Below are positions 9,953 to 19,467 of a stretch of 28,187 nt of DNA, piece by piece (within the stretch, counting starts at the first letter, position 1; each line of letters begins with the position of its first letter). This DNA is from Prevotellaceae bacterium (GTDB lineage: Bacteria > Bacteroidota > Bacteroidia > Bacteroidales > Paludibacteraceae). The notes below the pieces were generated by a model. The model worked only from the letters and a program-made list of their open reading frames with translations, searched no databases and was not told the DNA's origin. The stretch spans positions 1 to 28,187 of the forward strand of contig JAIRTG010000125.1 of assembly GCA_031255055.1 (NCBI GenBank). The letters are read 5' to 3'. The position numbers and the translations under genes are program-made.

Positions 9953-11287
9953 TTATAAGCTCCGGACTTCTCTTTTAAATTGATTTCCTCTGTCTTCGTA
10001 GTTGTTGAATAAATCGAAACTTGCGCAGCATGGCGACAGTAAAACAGTATCGCCTGGCGAAGCCATTTTGTAGGCAGCTTCGACCGCGTCTTTCATGGAG
10101 CGGACATCGACGATTTTATCCACCTTGCCGTCAAAAGAATCATGCAGACGGCTGTTGTCAACTCCCAAAAACACCATTCCTTTCACTTTCTCGCTCACCA
10201 GTTGTGCTATTTCGGAATAATCGTTCCCTTTGTCTGTTCCGCCCAAAATCAATACGACAGGTGTATTCATATTTTCCAAAGCGTACCAGCATGAATTTAC
10301 GTTTGTCGCTTTTGAATCATTAATGAAAAGGACGTTACGCACTGTGGCGACATATTCTAACCGGTGAGGTACACCTTTAAAATCTTCTAAAGATTCTCTG
10401 ATATTATTTTTTCTCACGTTTACGATTGATGCGGCCAATCCCGCCGCCATTGAATTATATGTATTATGAATTCCTTTTAGCGCCAAATCCGAAACCGGTA
10501 TGGTTACGATTGAATTTAGCATGTTTATTATCATTTCGTTGTTTTCGACAAATGCTTTTGTCTTTTCATCTTTCTCCAGCGCAAACGGATAAAATGTCGA
10601 TTTGATATTCCGTTTTTCCAGTTCTTCTTTTATGACAGGGTCGTTTTCCCAGAAAATAAAAGATTCGTTTTCGGTCTGATTTTGTATAATCCTGAATTTT
10701 GCATCAACATAGTTTTGAAATTTATAATCGTACCTGTCCAAATGGTCGGGTGTAATGTTCAATAAAATGGCAATGTCGGCCCTAAATTCGTGCATACCGT
10801 CCAATTGAAAACTGCTCAACTCAACAACAAAATAGTCGAATGAGCCTGTTGCTACCTGTAACGCCAGACTGTTGCCCACATTTCCGGCCAAGCCGACGTT
10901 CAATCCCGCACTTTTCAGAATGTGATAGATGAGCATCGTTGTGGTTGTTTTACCGTTGCTGCCTGTGATACAAATCATTTTGGCGTCGGTGAACCTGCCT
11001 GCAAATTCAATCTCGGAAATGATGGGAATGTTTTTTTCTTTCAGCAACCGGACAATCGGAACATCTTCAGCAATTCCGGGACTTTTAATCACTTCGTTGG
11101 CATTCAGTATCAACTCTTCGGTATGCGTTTTTTCTTCCCATCTAATATTGTATTTGTCGAGCGTGTTTTTGTAGGACGGTTTTATCGCCGAAAAATCCGA
11201 GACAAAAACATCCATGCCTTTTGTCTTTGCCAAAACTGCGGCTCCTGTGCCGCTTTCGCCTGCGCCCAATACAACAATCCGCTTCAT
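9953..11287 (-). CDS. murD: UDP-MurNAc-L-Ala--D-glutamate ligase
   Basis: LGAGESG, ITGSNGKTTT, GNVG, ELSSFQL, NITPDHLDRY, HRLE, NDSKATN, LLSPCCASFD. Confidence 0.98.
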   Translation of the reverse strand: MKRIVVLGAGESGTGAAVLAKTKGMDVFVSDFSAIKPSYKNTLDKYNIRWEEKTHTEELILNANEVIKSPGIAEDVPIVRLLKEKNIPIISEIEFAGRFTDAKMICITGSNGKTTTTMLIYHILKSAGLNVGLAGNVGNSLALQVATGSFDYFVVELSSFQLDGMHEFRADIAILLNITPDHLDRYDYKFQNYVDAKFRIIQNQTENESFIFWENDPVIKEELEKRNIKSTFYPFALEKDEKTKAFVENNEMIINMLNSIVTIPVSDLALKGIHNTYNSMAAGLAASIVNVRKNNIRESLEDFKGVPHRLEYVATVRNVLFINDSKATNVNSCWYALENMNTPVVLILGGTDKGNDYSEIAQLVSEKVKGMVFLGVDNSRLHDSFDGKVDKIVDVRSMKDAVEAAYKMASPGDTVLLSPCCASFDLFNNYEDRGNQFKREVRSL

Positions 11288-11290
11288 CTG

Positions 11291-12556
11291 TTATCTGATT
11301 TTTAGTGTAATAATTGTTATCGCGGCCAAAATCATCCCCACAATCCAGAAGCGGATAACGATTTTCGATTCGGGAATGGCCTTGAGAGGCTTTTGTATCA
11401 ATGCCTGTATGCCTGCGTTGCCTTGCTTCTGAAAATGATGATGAAGCGGTGTCATTTTAAATATCCGTCGGCCTCCGCCGTATTTCTTTTTCGTACATTT
11501 GAAATACATCACCTGTAGAATAACAGACAGACTTTCGACCAGAAATATCCCGCACAAAATCGGTATCAGCAATTCTTTTCGGATAGCGATAGCAAATACG
11601 GCAATGATTCCGCCGATTGTCAGGCTGCCCGTATCGCCCATAAATACCTGCGCGGGGTAGGAGTTGTACCACAAAAAGCCGATGGTTGATCCGATAAATG
11701 CACCCGCGAAGACCACCAACTCACCCGTACCCGGAATATACATGGTGTTCAGATAACCGGCATGATTGATATTACCCGATACGTATGCCAGTATGCCCAA
11801 TGTGACGCCCATAATGGCCGATGAGCCGGTGGCCAATCCGTCCAATCCGTCGGTGAGATTGGCGCCGTTCGATACCGCCGCTACAATGAAAATACTCACC
11901 AGAATAAAAAACAACCATCCCAACAATTGAGCATTCTCGCCCGTCCAGCGGAACAGGCCTGCATAGTCCAAATTGTTATTTTTGAGAAACGGGATGGTCG
12001 ATTTTGTCGATTTTACATTTGAACCTTCATAGACAACTTCTTCAACCCTGTTTTCCGACCCTCTGATTTCTGTGTTTTCACGAATCACGATGTCGGGACT
12101 CAGCCAAATGGTCACTCCTACGATCAGTCCCAAACCGACTTGTCCGACAATTTTAAACTTGCCGTTCAGTCCGTTTTTATCCTTTTTGAAAACTTTGATA
12201 TAGTCGTCCAGAAAGCCGATTCCTCCCAGCCAAACGGTGGTAATCATCATCAGTCGGACATAGATATTGGTCAGATTGGCCGCAAGCAATGTCGGAATCA
12301 GTATCGCAATGATGATGATGATTCCGCCCATAGTGGGTGTTCCTTTTTTGCTCAACTGTCCTTCGAGGTCAAGGTCGCGGACTGTTTCGCCAATTTGCTT
12401 GCGCTGCAACAAGGCGATGATGCGCTTTCCGTAGATGCTCGACGTCATCATGGCTAAAATGAACGCCAAACCTGCCCGAAACGAAATATAGTTGAACATT
12501 CCCGCTCCGGGAATATCATGTGTTCTGTCTAAATATTCAAATAGATGATACAGCAT
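11291..12556 (-). CDS. mraY: Phospho-N-acetylmuramoyl-pentapeptide transferase
   Basis: [47 protein letters not shown]; Bacteroidota-type MLYHLF start. Confidence 0.98.
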   Translation of the reverse strand: MLYHLFEYLDRTHDIPGAGMFNYISFRAGLAFILAMMTSSIYGKRIIALLQRKQIGETVRDLDLEGQLSKKGTPTMGGIIIIIAILIPTLLAANLTNIYVRLMMITTVWLGGIGFLDDYIKVFKKDKNGLNGKFKIVGQVGLGLIVGVTIWLSPDIVIRENTEIRGSENRVEEVVYEGSNVKSTKSTIPFLKNNNLDYAGLFRWTGENAQLLGWLFFILVSIFIVAAVSNGANLTDGLDGLATGSSAIMGVTLGILAYVSGNINHAGYLNTMYIPGTGELVVFAGAFIGSTIGFLWYNSYPAQVFMGDTGSLTIGGIIAVFAIAIRKELLIPILCGIFLVESLSVILQVMYFKCTKKKYGGGRRIFKMTPLHHHFQKQGNAGIQALIQKPLKAIPESKIVIRFWIVGMILAAITIITLKIR

Positions 12557-12589
12557 TGTTTAATCAACAGTTGTTTATTTACTCATTTT

Positions 12590-14038
12590 CTAAAAACAGT
12601 TCAACACCTCTTCCTTATCGTCAAAATGATGTTTCACACCCTGTATAATCTGGTAGTCTTCGTGTCCTTTGCCTGCAATCAGCACGATGTCGCCCGCCTG
12701 AGCAATCGTACAAGCTGTGCGGATGGCTTCACGACGGTCGACAATCACAAGTGTTTGTTTCTTTTGGTCATTATCCAAGCCTGTCAGCATGTCGTCGATA
12801 ATGGTTTGCGGTTCTTCAAAGCGCGGATTATCCGAGGTCAAAACCGTTTTCCAACTGCCATCGACAGCTTCCTGCGCCATTAGAGGACGTTTCCCTTTGT
12901 CGCGATTGCCGCCACAACCGACAACCGTAATCAGACGGCCTTTGTTATGCAGTATTTCGTTTATCGTGCCGATAACGTTCGACAACGCATCGGGCGTATG
13001 TGCATAATCGACAATGGCCGTATATCCCGACGGCGAACGCAAGGTCTCAAAACGTCCCGACACCGGTCGAAGGGCGCTGATGATGCGTAAAACTTCCACT
13101 TCGTCCTGTCCGAGCGCTACCGCACATCCGAAAACGGCGGTCAAATTATAGGCGTTGAATCGCCCGATGAACGGAACATGTACTTCCCTGTGATTCACAT
13201 CCAGCAACATGCCGTCGAAACCGTCATCAAGGATGCGCGTTTTGAAATCGGCCATATTTCTCAGCGAATAGGTATATTTCCGGGCTTTGGTGTTCTGAAG
13301 CATCACCAAACCGTTTTTGTCGTCAATGTTCGTCAGCGCGAAGGTGTCTTTCGACAGTCCGTCGAAAAAAGTTTTTTTGGCGTGCAGATAATTGTCGAAC
13401 GTTTGATGATAGTCGATATGGTCGCGGGTGATATTTGTAAAGATGCCGCCTTTGAATTTCACACCGCTGATGCGCTTTTGTTCGATGGCGTGCGAACTGA
13501 CTTCCATAAACGCATATTGACAACCTGCGCTCACCATTTCGGCAAGCAATCTGTTCAGTTCCGGTGCATCGGGCGTTGTGTGGCTTGCTTCCACGACACG
13601 ATCGTCGATGCGGTTTAGAACCGTCGAAATCAAGCCCGATTGATAACCAAGCTCTTTAAACAACTGATATAATAACGTGACGGTTGTTGTTTTACCGTTT
13701 GTGCCGGTTACGCCGATCAGGTTCAGCTTTTCGGATGGATTACCGTACCGGTTAGCTGCCATTTTTCCCAGTGCGTCGGCGCTGTCGTCCACTTTTATAT
13801 ACGTGACACCGGCCGCTGTTTGACGGGGAATATCTTCGCAGACAATTGCAACAGCGCCTTTTTCGGTAGCCTGTCCGATATATTCGTGTCCGTCGACAGA
13901 CGTTCCCTTTGTGGCCACAAACACATCTCCGACTTGTACCTGTCGCGAATCGAAGCAGATGTTGTTTATTTCGACAGTGACGTCGCCAATGATTTGGTCT
14001 GTTACGATATTTTTTAATATAAGATTCAGTCTTAACAT
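12590..14038 (-). CDS. murE: UDP-MurNAc-dipeptide--meso-DAP ligase
   Basis: [45 protein letters not shown] (meso-DAP-type specificity motif), AGKGHEDYQ. Confidence 0.98.
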   Translation of the reverse strand: MLRLNLILKNIVTDQIIGDVTVEINNICFDSRQVQVGDVFVATKGTSVDGHEYIGQATEKGAVAIVCEDIPRQTAAGVTYIKVDDSADALGKMAANRYGNPSEKLNLIGVTGTNGKTTTVTLLYQLFKELGYQSGLISTVLNRIDDRVVEASHTTPDAPELNRLLAEMVSAGCQYAFMEVSSHAIEQKRISGVKFKGGIFTNITRDHIDYHQTFDNYLHAKKTFFDGLSKDTFALTNIDDKNGLVMLQNTKARKYTYSLRNMADFKTRILDDGFDGMLLDVNHREVHVPFIGRFNAYNLTAVFGCAVALGQDEVEVLRIISALRPVSGRFETLRSPSGYTAIVDYAHTPDALSNVIGTINEILHNKGRLITVVGCGGNRDKGKRPLMAQEAVDGSWKTVLTSDNPRFEEPQTIIDDMLTGLDNDQKKQTLVIVDRREAIRTACTIAQAGDIVLIAGKGHEDYQIIQGVKHHFDDKEEVLNCF

Positions 14039-14056
14039 GAAATTGAAAATTGATAT

Positions 14057-16204
14057 TTAGTTTAAAGCCAATAATATTGTTCTTCCTTTTTGGACTTTGG
14101 TGTTAGGCTTAATGCTTTGAGCGGTCACTTTGCCGATACCGTTCAGTTGCACTCTCAGACCTGCTTTTTCCAACAGATAAACCGCGTCTTTTGCTCCCAT
14201 TCCGATAACATCGGGAACGGTGTCATCTTCTATTTTCAGCGAGTTGATTGTAATAATATCCTCGTTTTCAGCAAGGGCTGTTTTCACCCAATCGGAAGCC
14301 TCTCCCATCATTTTTTGATCCAGTTTTTTGGCAACCGTATACAATGCCTTATAGTTTCCCGACTTGGGCACTGGTTGATTTTTATAGTGATTCAGTGTAT
14401 CGTTCGATACAATATCCTGTGGTTTCACATCGGTATTAAGCGCCATCACTCTTTCGGCGATATCTTTGAAAATCATGCCGCTCATCCGTCCGCCCGAAGG
14501 GTAGCCGTTTTTAGGCTCGCGGATAACAACAATGCAACTATATTTCGGATTGTCGGCCGGGAAATAGCCGCAAAACGACACCTGATGTGTTTTTCCGCCT
14601 GTCGAATAGCCGAGCGCTCCTTTTGATATTTGGGCGGTACCTGTTTTTCCGGCAATGCGCACTTTGTCGGACCTGACCATACGTGCCGTACCCAGTTTAC
14701 CTTCAACAACGCCGAGCAACACTTCCTGCATATCGCGTACCGTTGTCGGTTTGCAGATAGCGGGATTGATCACTTCCGTTTCAAATTGTTTGACGGTTTG
14801 TCCGTTTTTGCTGATTTCTTTTACAAAAAACGGTCGTATCAGCTTACCGTCGTTGGCAATAGCGTTGTAAAACGCAAGTGTATAAATCGGCGGTATCTGC
14901 ACTTCGTAACCTATCGACATCCAGGGAAGCGATGTTTTTGACCAGTTTGCTTTTTCATCTTTCGGATGTTTTATATTCGGGGTTGCCGTTCCCGGAATTT
15001 CCAGATTCATATGTTTGTTGAGTCCCATTGCGTACAACTTATCAACAAAAGCCGAAGGATTGCTACCGTAGGCATTGACCACTACTCTCGAAAGGCCGAC
15101 GTTTGACGACGCATGAATCGTATTTGCGACGGATATTTTGCCGTAACCGCCCCGATGTGCGTTGTGGTCTTTCATTGTTTGTTTACCGTAGGTATACAGT
15201 CCGTTTCCGGTATTGATAGAATCGGTCAATTTAGCTTTTCCGTCATCCAGAACAGCCAGCAGCGAGACCACTTTAAAGGTAGATCCCGGCTCGGCCATAT
15301 CGGAGACAGCGCCGTTTTTACGTTCCGAATAGCCTCCGTCGCCATTGCGCTGCATGTTGACAATCGCTTTCACCTCGCCGGTACGAACTTCCATCAGAAT
15401 GACATAGCCCGAATGGGCATTAAAAGCCCGAAGACTGTCCACCAGTGTTTTTTCGGCAATATCCTGCATATCGATATTGAGTGTTGTGATAAGGTCCATA
15501 CCCGCTTCGGGTTCCACCACAACGTTTTCCTGCTGCATATTAGCTATTTTCTGAAAGACAGACACGCCCGGTTTTCCCGTCAGTTCGGTATCGAAGTATT
15601 TTTCCAGACCGCTTTCGCCGCCTTTCGACATATCGCCATACACATTACCGATAGTACGCGAAGCCAGCGAATTAAAAGGTTTCACACGGCTTACACGCAC
15701 TTCGGGTATCAGACCGCTTTTAATTCGCCCCAGTTTGAAGAGCGGAAACGTCCGTAGCTCTTTCAATTGCGAATAGGAAACCTTGTGAGGATAGAGCAGA
15801 TACTGTCCGCTTTTGCGCAGATAAGCCTTTGTAATATCATGTTTATACTGTCCTGCGGACTTATCCTTGAAAAACCGCGCCAAATAGATAGAAACCGAAT
15901 CGATATTATCTTTAAACAATTGGCCGTTATTTTCCCACAGAGCCTCCACACGCAAATCCATTTTCAGGTAATAAGTTGGGATAGAGCTTGACATCAGTCT
16001 ACCGTCCTCCGAATAGATATTACCTCTTTTAGCTTTCAGTTCCACATGTTGGATTCTTGCTTCGGGCGAGATAGCCAGCCAATTATGACGGTCGGTCTGT
16101 ATAGCGATCATTTTGTACACCACAATCACAAACACAACGATAATGAGGACATATATCACGCCGAATCGAAGAATTATTTTTTTCAATTTTTCCGCCATAG
16201 TCAT
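14057..16204 (-). CDS. ftsI: Class B penicillin-binding protein FtsI/PBP3 with C-terminal PASTA domain
   Basis: N-terminal TM segment, RGNIYSEDG, SxxK (EPGSTFK), SxN (SSN), KTGT, C-terminal VPDVIGM PASTA-like segment. Confidence 0.95.
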   Translation of the reverse strand: MTMAEKLKKIILRFGVIYVLIIVVFVIVVYKMIAIQTDRHNWLAISPEARIQHVELKAKRGNIYSEDGRLMSSSIPTYYLKMDLRVEALWENNGQLFKDNIDSVSIYLARFFKDKSAGQYKHDITKAYLRKSGQYLLYPHKVSYSQLKELRTFPLFKLGRIKSGLIPEVRVSRVKPFNSLASRTIGNVYGDMSKGGESGLEKYFDTELTGKPGVSVFQKIANMQQENVVVEPEAGMDLITTLNIDMQDIAEKTLVDSLRAFNAHSGYVILMEVRTGEVKAIVNMQRNGDGGYSERKNGAVSDMAEPGSTFKVVSLLAVLDDGKAKLTDSINTGNGLYTYGKQTMKDHNAHRGGYGKISVANTIHASSNVGLSRVVVNAYGSNPSAFVDKLYAMGLNKHMNLEIPGTATPNIKHPKDEKANWSKTSLPWMSIGYEVQIPPIYTLAFYNAIANDGKLIRPFFVKEISKNGQTVKQFETEVINPAICKPTTVRDMQEVLLGVVEGKLGTARMVRSDKVRIAGKTGTAQISKGALGYSTGGKTHQVSFCGYFPADNPKYSCIVVIREPKNGYPSGGRMSGMIFKDIAERVMALNTDVKPQDIVSNDTLNHYKNQPVPKSGNYKALYTVAKKLDQKMMGEASDWVKTALAENEDIITINSLKIEDDTVPDVIGMGAKDAVYLLEKAGLRVQLNGIGKVTAQSIKPNTKVQKGRTILLALN

Positions 16205-16211
16205 TCCGTGC

Positions 16212-16580
16212 TTATTCGATAATGATAGGAGGGGTTGTACTTTCCTCCAGATTAATGTTTCGGTCTTTCAACATTTTTATCACATTAGCCCTTCGGCTGA
16301 GCGTCATCAATTCGGCCGAGATAGTAAGAGATTCATATTTTGCATCTTCTATATTTTTTTTCAACCGCGTTTCCTTCGTTATCTGCGTTTCGCAGTAATA
16401 GCGATTATCGATATAAAAAAACGCTAAAACGGCCAGCATAATCAGCAAACCATACTGTTTTTGGATAACTTTTTTGATAAAGATATTACCATTCAAAAAA
16501 TCCCTCAGCGAGCTTGATTTAATATCCGAGAAATCCTCGCTTCCGGTGATCGATTCCACTATATTTTTAAACTTCGACAT
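16212..16580 (-). CDS. ftsL: FtsL-like cell division protein
   Basis: 122 aa with one TM segment followed by a coiled-coil-like region; lies between rsmH and ftsI. Confidence 0.8.
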   Translation of the reverse strand: MSKFKNIVESITGSEDFSDIKSSSLRDFLNGNIFIKKVIQKQYGLLIMLAVLAFFYIDNRYYCETQITKETRLKKNIEDAKYESLTISAELMTLSRRANVIKMLKDRNINLEESTTPPIIIE

Positions 16581-16615
16581 GCTCCGCTATTTTTTTCGGA
16601 TTCCGATGAATCTGC

Positions 16616-17524
16616 TTATTGAACAACCCCGATACGTAATTTAGCGCTTCGAGCGCGGGGATTCCGTGCAATTTCCTCCTCGCTCGCCCTCGCCGCCTTA
16701 CAAGTAAGCGCCTTGATCGGCGAGAGGACATTACCGTAAAAATCTTTTTCCAACTCGCCCTTAAAATTTCCGCTTCGGAAGAAATTCTTCACCAGTCGGT
16801 CTTCGAGCGAGTGATAGGTCAGCGCCACAATACGTCCGTTTTTAGCCGTCACATGCAAGCTTTGTTCGAGCAAATCGCGCAAAGCGTTCATTTCATCATT
16901 CACCTCCATTCTCAAAGCCTGAAACAATTGCGCCAATTCTTTTTTTTCTTTTTTTCTTTCGACAAACGGTTTCACCACATCAACAAATTCACTTGTATAC
17001 TCAATCGGCTTATCCGCACGTTTAGCCACCACCGCCTTCGCCAATCGGCGCGACTGACGCATTTCGCCGTACAAATAGAACACATCGGCCAATTTTTCTT
17101 CCGGATACGTATTCAACACATCAGCCGCCGTCAGCCTTGCCGCTCGATTCATTCTCATATCGGGCTTACCCTCAAAACGGAACGAGAACCCGCGTTCGGC
17201 CTCATCAAAATGATGCGACGAAACGCCCAAATCGGCCAGCAGCCCATCGATAGCCGTTATATTATGATACTTCAAAAAGTTTTTCAAATACCTGAAATTA
17301 CTTCTGACAAAGATCACCCGTTTATCATCCGGAACATTACTCATCGCATCCGCATCCTGATCAAAAGCGACCAGGACGCCCTTATCGTTCAGTTTATGAA
17401 GGATTTCCTTCGCGTGTCCACCTCCCCCAAAGGTAGCATCCACATAAACTCCGTCGGGTTTTATATTCAACCCATCAATTGTTTGGGCGAGCAATGCGGG
17501 AATATGATAAGCGCGTTCACTCAT
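16616..17524 (-). CDS. rsmH: 16S rRNA m4C1402 methyltransferase
   Basis: YVDATFGGGGH, FDQD, DLGVSSHH, RGFSF, DMRM, FQALRMEVN, YHSLEDRLVK, NPRARSAKLR. Overlaps the mraZ stop by 8 nt. Confidence 0.98.
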   Translation of the reverse strand: MSERAYHIPALLAQTIDGLNIKPDGVYVDATFGGGGHAKEILHKLNDKGVLVAFDQDADAMSNVPDDKRVIFVRSNFRYLKNFLKYHNITAIDGLLADLGVSSHHFDEAERGFSFRFEGKPDMRMNRAARLTAADVLNTYPEEKLADVFYLYGEMRQSRRLAKAVVAKRADKPIEYTSEFVDVVKPFVERKKEKKELAQLFQALRMEVNDEMNALRDLLEQSLHVTAKNGRIVALTYHSLEDRLVKNFFRSGNFKGELEKDFYGNVLSPIKALTCKAARASEEEIARNPRARSAKLRIGVVQ

Positions 17525-17984
17525 TATCGGATTTTTTCATACGTTTATTCAAATTATCGGAAAGTTTTTCGCGCGGCATTTTTATTTTTTCAAAATGCGC
17601 TTTACTCCACAGCGTAAACCGGTTTGCCATACCGATAAAAATCACCTCATTATCCTCCAAAAAAATAGATTCCTGTATTTTTTTCGGGAGCAGTATTCTA
17701 CCCTGCGAATCAATATCAAACCTATTCACATCCGCCATATAGTTCACCAAAGTTTCGTTATTATCCTCATTATCCCACTCATCCAATTGGTCGATAATTT
17801 TTTCCAATCGTTTATTCCACACCTCTTCCGGGAAAAAAACAAGACAATCCATTTTCAAATCTTTTTGCACCGAAATAGCCTCGCCATTCTCGGCAGAAAG
17901 CGCTTTTCGATAGCACGACGGAATAAAAACCCTACCTTTGGCATCCATCTTAGCTTCATATTTTCCGGTAAAAAACACGGCCAT
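17517..17984 (-). CDS. mraZ: Transcriptional regulator MraZ
   Basis: FTGKYEAKMDAKGRVFIP, second AbrB-like repeat DSQGRILLP, IGMANRFTLWS. Start moved from 18056 to ATG 17984. Confidence 0.95.
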   Translation of the reverse strand: MAVFFTGKYEAKMDAKGRVFIPSCYRKALSAENGEAISVQKDLKMDCLVFFPEEVWNKRLEKIIDQLDEWDNEDNNETLVNYMADVNRFDIDSQGRILLPKKIQESIFLEDNEVIFIGMANRFTLWSKAHFEKIKMPREKLSDNLNKRMKKSDNE

Positions 17985-18040
17985 AATTAAAAAATGATAC
18001 TGATTTTGAGCGGTAAAGGTAGAAAAATATTTTAGGCCCT

Positions 18041-18056
18041 CCCCACAAATCTCCAC
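18041..18056 (-). promoter_or_regulatory. Putative MraZ-binding repeats GTGGAG-N4-GTGGGG
   Basis: Minus strand GTGGAGATTTGTGGGG, 10-bp period, ~60 bp upstream of mraZ; matches the GTGG/TGGG 10-bp-spaced MraZ repeat pattern known from B. subtilis and E. coli. Confidence 0.65.
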
Positions 18057-18108
18057 GCATTTTCATTATTGTCCAAAAAAAAGAAATTACAACAAAAAAA
18101 TAAACAGC

Positions 18109-18247
18109 TTATCAACAATTTATCCTCTTTCGATTTTTCGGCACAGGTATTATTTAATTCATTGATAAGTAAATATTTTAATGAGCGGACTATTTAACCG
18201 ATTCTTCGACAGCGCTAAAAAAGTGGGGAAAAGTGAAGTGTTGATAA
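18109..18247. promoter_or_regulatory. Inverted pair of DnaA-box-like 9-mers (TTATCAACA / TGTTGATAA)
   Basis: TTATCAACA at 18109-18117 and its exact reverse complement at 18239-18247; one mismatch to TTATCCACA. Confidence 0.4.
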
Positions 18248-18360
18248 CTTTTCCGCCTGAGATTTCCATTGCTCACACCATTAAACATCCGGCGAACATG
18301 CCGCGCCAAACAAAAAACACCTTCGGCCATTTTCCTTTAGAGAGAGAGAAAGATAATTAG

Positions 18361-18445
18361 GTGGGGGAAGTCTCCCCCTCGCTTCAGCCCGCCTGCGGCG
18401 GTCTTCCGCTACCCCCTCTGCGGGGCTCTGCCCCGCAACGCCCCG
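18361..18445 (+). repeat. REP-like GC-rich multi-hairpin element, copy A (GTGG head)
   Basis: GTGG-GGGAAGTCTCCCCCTCGCTTCAGCCCGCCTGCGGCGGTCTTCCGCTACCCCCTCTGCGGGGCTCTGCCCCGCAACGCCCCG; near-identical to three other copies in the window. Confidence 0.9.
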
Positions 18446-18533
18446 TCCCGGTACTCCATAGTCTCCCCTACCACTCTCCCCCCGATCAACAGCTACGCCT
18501 TGCACAGAGTGAGACAGAGTCGGCGGCAAGCGA

Positions 18534-18629
18534 GGATAAAAATCATCAAAACTTGGATAAAAATCATCCGAACTTGGGTAAAAATCATCCGAACTTGGAT
18601 AAAAATCATCAAAATTTGGGTAAAAATCA
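18534..18629. repeat. 21-bp tandem repeat, 4 units plus a partial unit (GG(A/G)TAAAAATCATC(A/C)(A/G)AA(C/T)TT)
   Basis: Units start at 18534, 18555, 18576, 18597, 18618. Confidence 0.92.
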
Positions 18630-18968
18630 GGGTAGGTACCCCAAAATTTAAGGGTAGGTACCCTAAAATTTAGGCTTGGTACCCCAAAATTTAAGGGTAT
18701 GTACCCTAAAAATCAGGCTTGGTACCCCAAAATTTAAGGGTAGGTACCCTAAAATTTAGGCTTGTTACCCCAAAATTTAAGGGTATGTACCCTAAAAATC
18801 AGGCTTGGTACCCCAAAATTTAAGGGTATGTACCCTAAAAATCAGGGTAGGTACCCCAAAATTTAAGGGTATGTACCCTTAAAAATCAAGGTATGTACCC
18901 TAAAAATCAGGCTTGGTACCCCAAATTTAAGGGTATGTACCCTAAAAATCAGGCTTGGTACCCCAAAA
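18630..18968. repeat. 16-unit 21/22-bp tandem array with a 43-bp higher-order period and a GTAC core
   Basis: Mostly alternating GGCTTGGTACCCCAAAATTTAA (22) and GGGTA(T/G)GTACCCTAAAA(ATC/TTT)A (21); GTAC at 18636, 18658, 18679, 18701, 18722 ... 18958 (one unit TTAC). Confidence 0.93.
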
Positions 18969-19052
18969 ACACGAATCATTAAACACAAATCATTGTTTAG
19001 AAAGCGATTTTAGCGCCATAAAAACAGCGAAGCCATCATCATTTTGCGAACC

Positions 19053-19084
19053 ATTGCAAAATAATAAAAATAAATGTACATTTG
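19053..19084 (+). promoter_or_regulatory. Bacteroidota promoter (-33 ATTG / -7 TACATTTG) for the T9SS cargo gene
   Basis: TACATTTG at 19077-19084, (A)TTG at 19053-19056, 20-nt spacer. Confidence 0.55.
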
Positions 19085-19467
19085 CAGAATCTCTACAAAA
19101 CGAAACAAACGTGAACCGATGACATACTATCATCAAAACAAAGATATAATTATTACGAAAAGCGCAACAGGCTATTTTGTCGTGTCAAATATCCTGTCAG
19201 ACACACAGATATACAGATACAAGTATACACTTGTCCTGCGTACGCACGCACGAAACACCCACACAGCGTCGTCCGCAGGCCATCTGCATAAAGACACACA
19301 CGCATTTGAGAACAAGACACCACTTTTAGCCCCCAAGCACATCAACAAAAAAAACGCGCTTCACCACACACTACAAGCGACTTCAAGTAACCCGACATAC
19401 ATCAAAACTTTCAACATAAATCATCAAAATAATTTGACAGATAACTAAAAACTAAATATATACGATT

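Noticed and set aside
2073-18056. Absence of murF and ddl from the dcw cluster
   Set aside because: This gene order is the usual Bacteroidota arrangement.
18281-18651. ORFs 18281-18529 (-) and 18361-18651 (+)
   Set aside because: Translations of the REP-like element and the 21-bp array; no protein signal.
18534-18968. CRISPR or guide-type array
   Set aside because: Units are contiguous with no unique spacers and no cas-like gene is nearby; the same holds for the arrays at 27764-27941 and 28069-28187.
18060-18970. Chromosomal replication origin (AT-rich DNA, DnaA-like boxes, iteron-like arrays, nearby skew change)
   Set aside because: Only two one-mismatch boxes, and the plus strand is G-rich on both far sides of the region rather than switching once; kept only as separate regulatory and skew observations.
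19074-19448. 124-aa ORF upstream of the T9SS gene
   Set aside because: Its start overlaps the predicted -7 box and the low-complexity His/Thr/Asn composition follows from A/C-rich DNA; not called as a CDS.
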